A DNA stretch of 52,999 nt, taken from positions 1 through 52,999 of IMG/VR virus record IMGVR_UViG_3300025127_000052. One strand, given 5' to 3'. Under the pieces are notes generated by a model that was not told where the DNA came from, ran no database searches, and saw only the letters and a list, made by a program, of their open reading frames with translations. The DNA comes from a virus (Duplodnaviria > Caudoviricetes). The first letter of the stretch is position 1; every line of letters starts with the position of its first letter. A program made the translations under genes and the position numbers. This document shows positions 52,801 to 52,999 of the stretch, one piece after another.

Positions 52801-52940
52801 GCTAGATCGCCGCAGTGGATAATGTAGTCCACGTTCTGCTCTCGTAGCATTTGATAAGCTTGTTCAAAGACTTTGCGATACTCGTAGTGATATTTAAGGT
52901 TCTTGATGTGAGTATCACCAAAATGTGCGAGCCGTACCAT
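49788..52940 (-). CDS. fused Mre11/SbcD nuclease and Rad50/SbcC ATPase (T4 gp47+gp46 equivalent)
   Basis: DTH, GDLAH, GNHD, HG and GDIH; then GKNYSGKSS, coiled coil with PCGPDC, SGAE, MDEP..ALD and ITH. Confidence 0.9.
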   Translation of the reverse strand: MVRLAHFGDTHIKNLKYHYEYRKVFEQAYQMLREQNVDYIIHCGDLAHTKTQLSPEYFELATEFLKNLADIAPTHIILGNHDGNLRNSTRQDAITPIVDALDHPDLHLHKFSGEVKLDHNVTLNVLSVFDETNWTDPTDTDRINIALYHGAVNNSRTDLGWIMDHGDHDVSVFDKFDYAFLGDIHKTNQCLNDSGTIRYCGSTIQQNHGETNDKGFLIWDIEDKTNYEVNHHVLENPKPFTTIELTPKGNMPRNLDIQEGCRLRIVTHHKVSLDKIRRVMDTAKSRFKPESLSFVNKAGLKRSSVDVDDLGSTENLRDPQVQERLIREYLKEYEPDTKTLEKVFQLNSRYDARVNGEDASHRNVKWSLKNMQFDNLFNYGEANTVNFEKLSGVVGIFGKNYSGKSSIIDSALYTIYNSISKNNRKNLNIINQNKSSGCGRVEIDVAGKTYIIERKSEKYTKKLHGEETEEAKTDVEFTMIDPATDEEVSMNSLDRNGTDKAIRKIFGSLDDFLLTSMSSQMGAMTFINEGSTKRKEILAKFLDLDQFDKKFKLAKSDSIETRALLKKLEDNTFDEDIVTLETQLENNETEKTKQEKACKKFKNKLNKITARVDEIESLFAAAPVEIINIKKENKLLTKATKKLEDCELRIAGAQTKKERILDKLANIKEFLSEYDSDALESKIAEVLTIKEEIRELETSLKIETRNKETYEKKLSVLDEVPCGPDCGLRKYIKDAYEAKQLLSEARITIYNLQTDLRLRNETLSEMNVDSLRSQKEKYEKLLEKQRDLSTEATSLDLLVEKTNNEINTLTNDIKTASERIQTYEDNKEAIENREELIQEQSDLADQKVLAENELSICEAKIMDFIKQHGGIEQQIINLRAKKQELEDLRTEYAAYDLFMRCTHSNGISYDVVKRMLPLINEEVSTVLANVTDFDIFFEAEKNKLDIFIKHPKYEARPLEMASGAEKTLAAIAIRIALTNVSTLPKSDIMIMDEPGTALDAENLEGFMRVMEMIKGYYKTVLLITHLDSLKDIADMTIDIERQDGYAYVSQ

Positions 52941-52971
52941 AGACGAACTCCTCCTATAGTTTTCCAGAACT

Positions 52972-52999
52972 ATTGTATCAGGTATATTTTAGTTGTAAA
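52972..52999 (-). promoter_or_regulatory. sigma70-like promoter
   Basis: TTTACA-N16-TACAAT with extended TGn; SD AGGAGG downstream. Confidence 0.6.

Noticed and set aside
1-52999. Plus-strand ORFs, tRNAs, CRISPR arrays, introns or inteins
   Set aside because: Plus-strand ORFs are antisense shadows of minus-strand genes; no cloverleaf or repeat-spacer array was seen in the short intergenic gaps; RNR, helicase, RecA and terminase have normal uninterrupted lengths

Overview
This 53 kb window is the core of a large T4-like contractile-tailed (myo)phage genome. Essentially every credible gene is on the minus strand. In transcription order (right to left) it holds: a fused Mre11-Rad50 (SbcD-SbcC) nuclease, an HNH protein and accessory genes (lipoprotein, DUF1415-like, DUF523/TudS-like); a membrane or lysis-like cassette enclosing a tubulin/FtsZ-family GTPase; terminase, portal, prohead protease, ribosomal protein bS21, a repeat fibre protein and scaffold; TWO tandem major capsid protein genes; neck, sheath, tube, tail chaperone (probable +1/-2 frameshift), tape measure and baseplate genes; a short family-A polymerase next to a second, degenerate tubulin-like gene; Hsp20 with a ROSE-like RNA thermometer; SSB, RecA, deaminase, 5'-3' exonuclease, DnaB-like helicase, class II RNR and GroES; probable capsid-internal proteins, a DUF2827-like protein and the 5' end of a DnaE polymerase missed by the ORF track. 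Top leads: (1) the duplicated capsid locus, with a variable middle, perfectly identical DNA islands and a terminator between the copies, as a possible capsid diversification or stoichiometry system; (2) the two tubulin-family genes, one inside a membrane-protein cassette; (3) an Hsp20 mRNA whose 5' and 3' UTRs are complementary; (4) a late-promoter-like motif that is the reverse complement of the T4 late promoter. All family calls are from motif recognition by eye; no searches were run.
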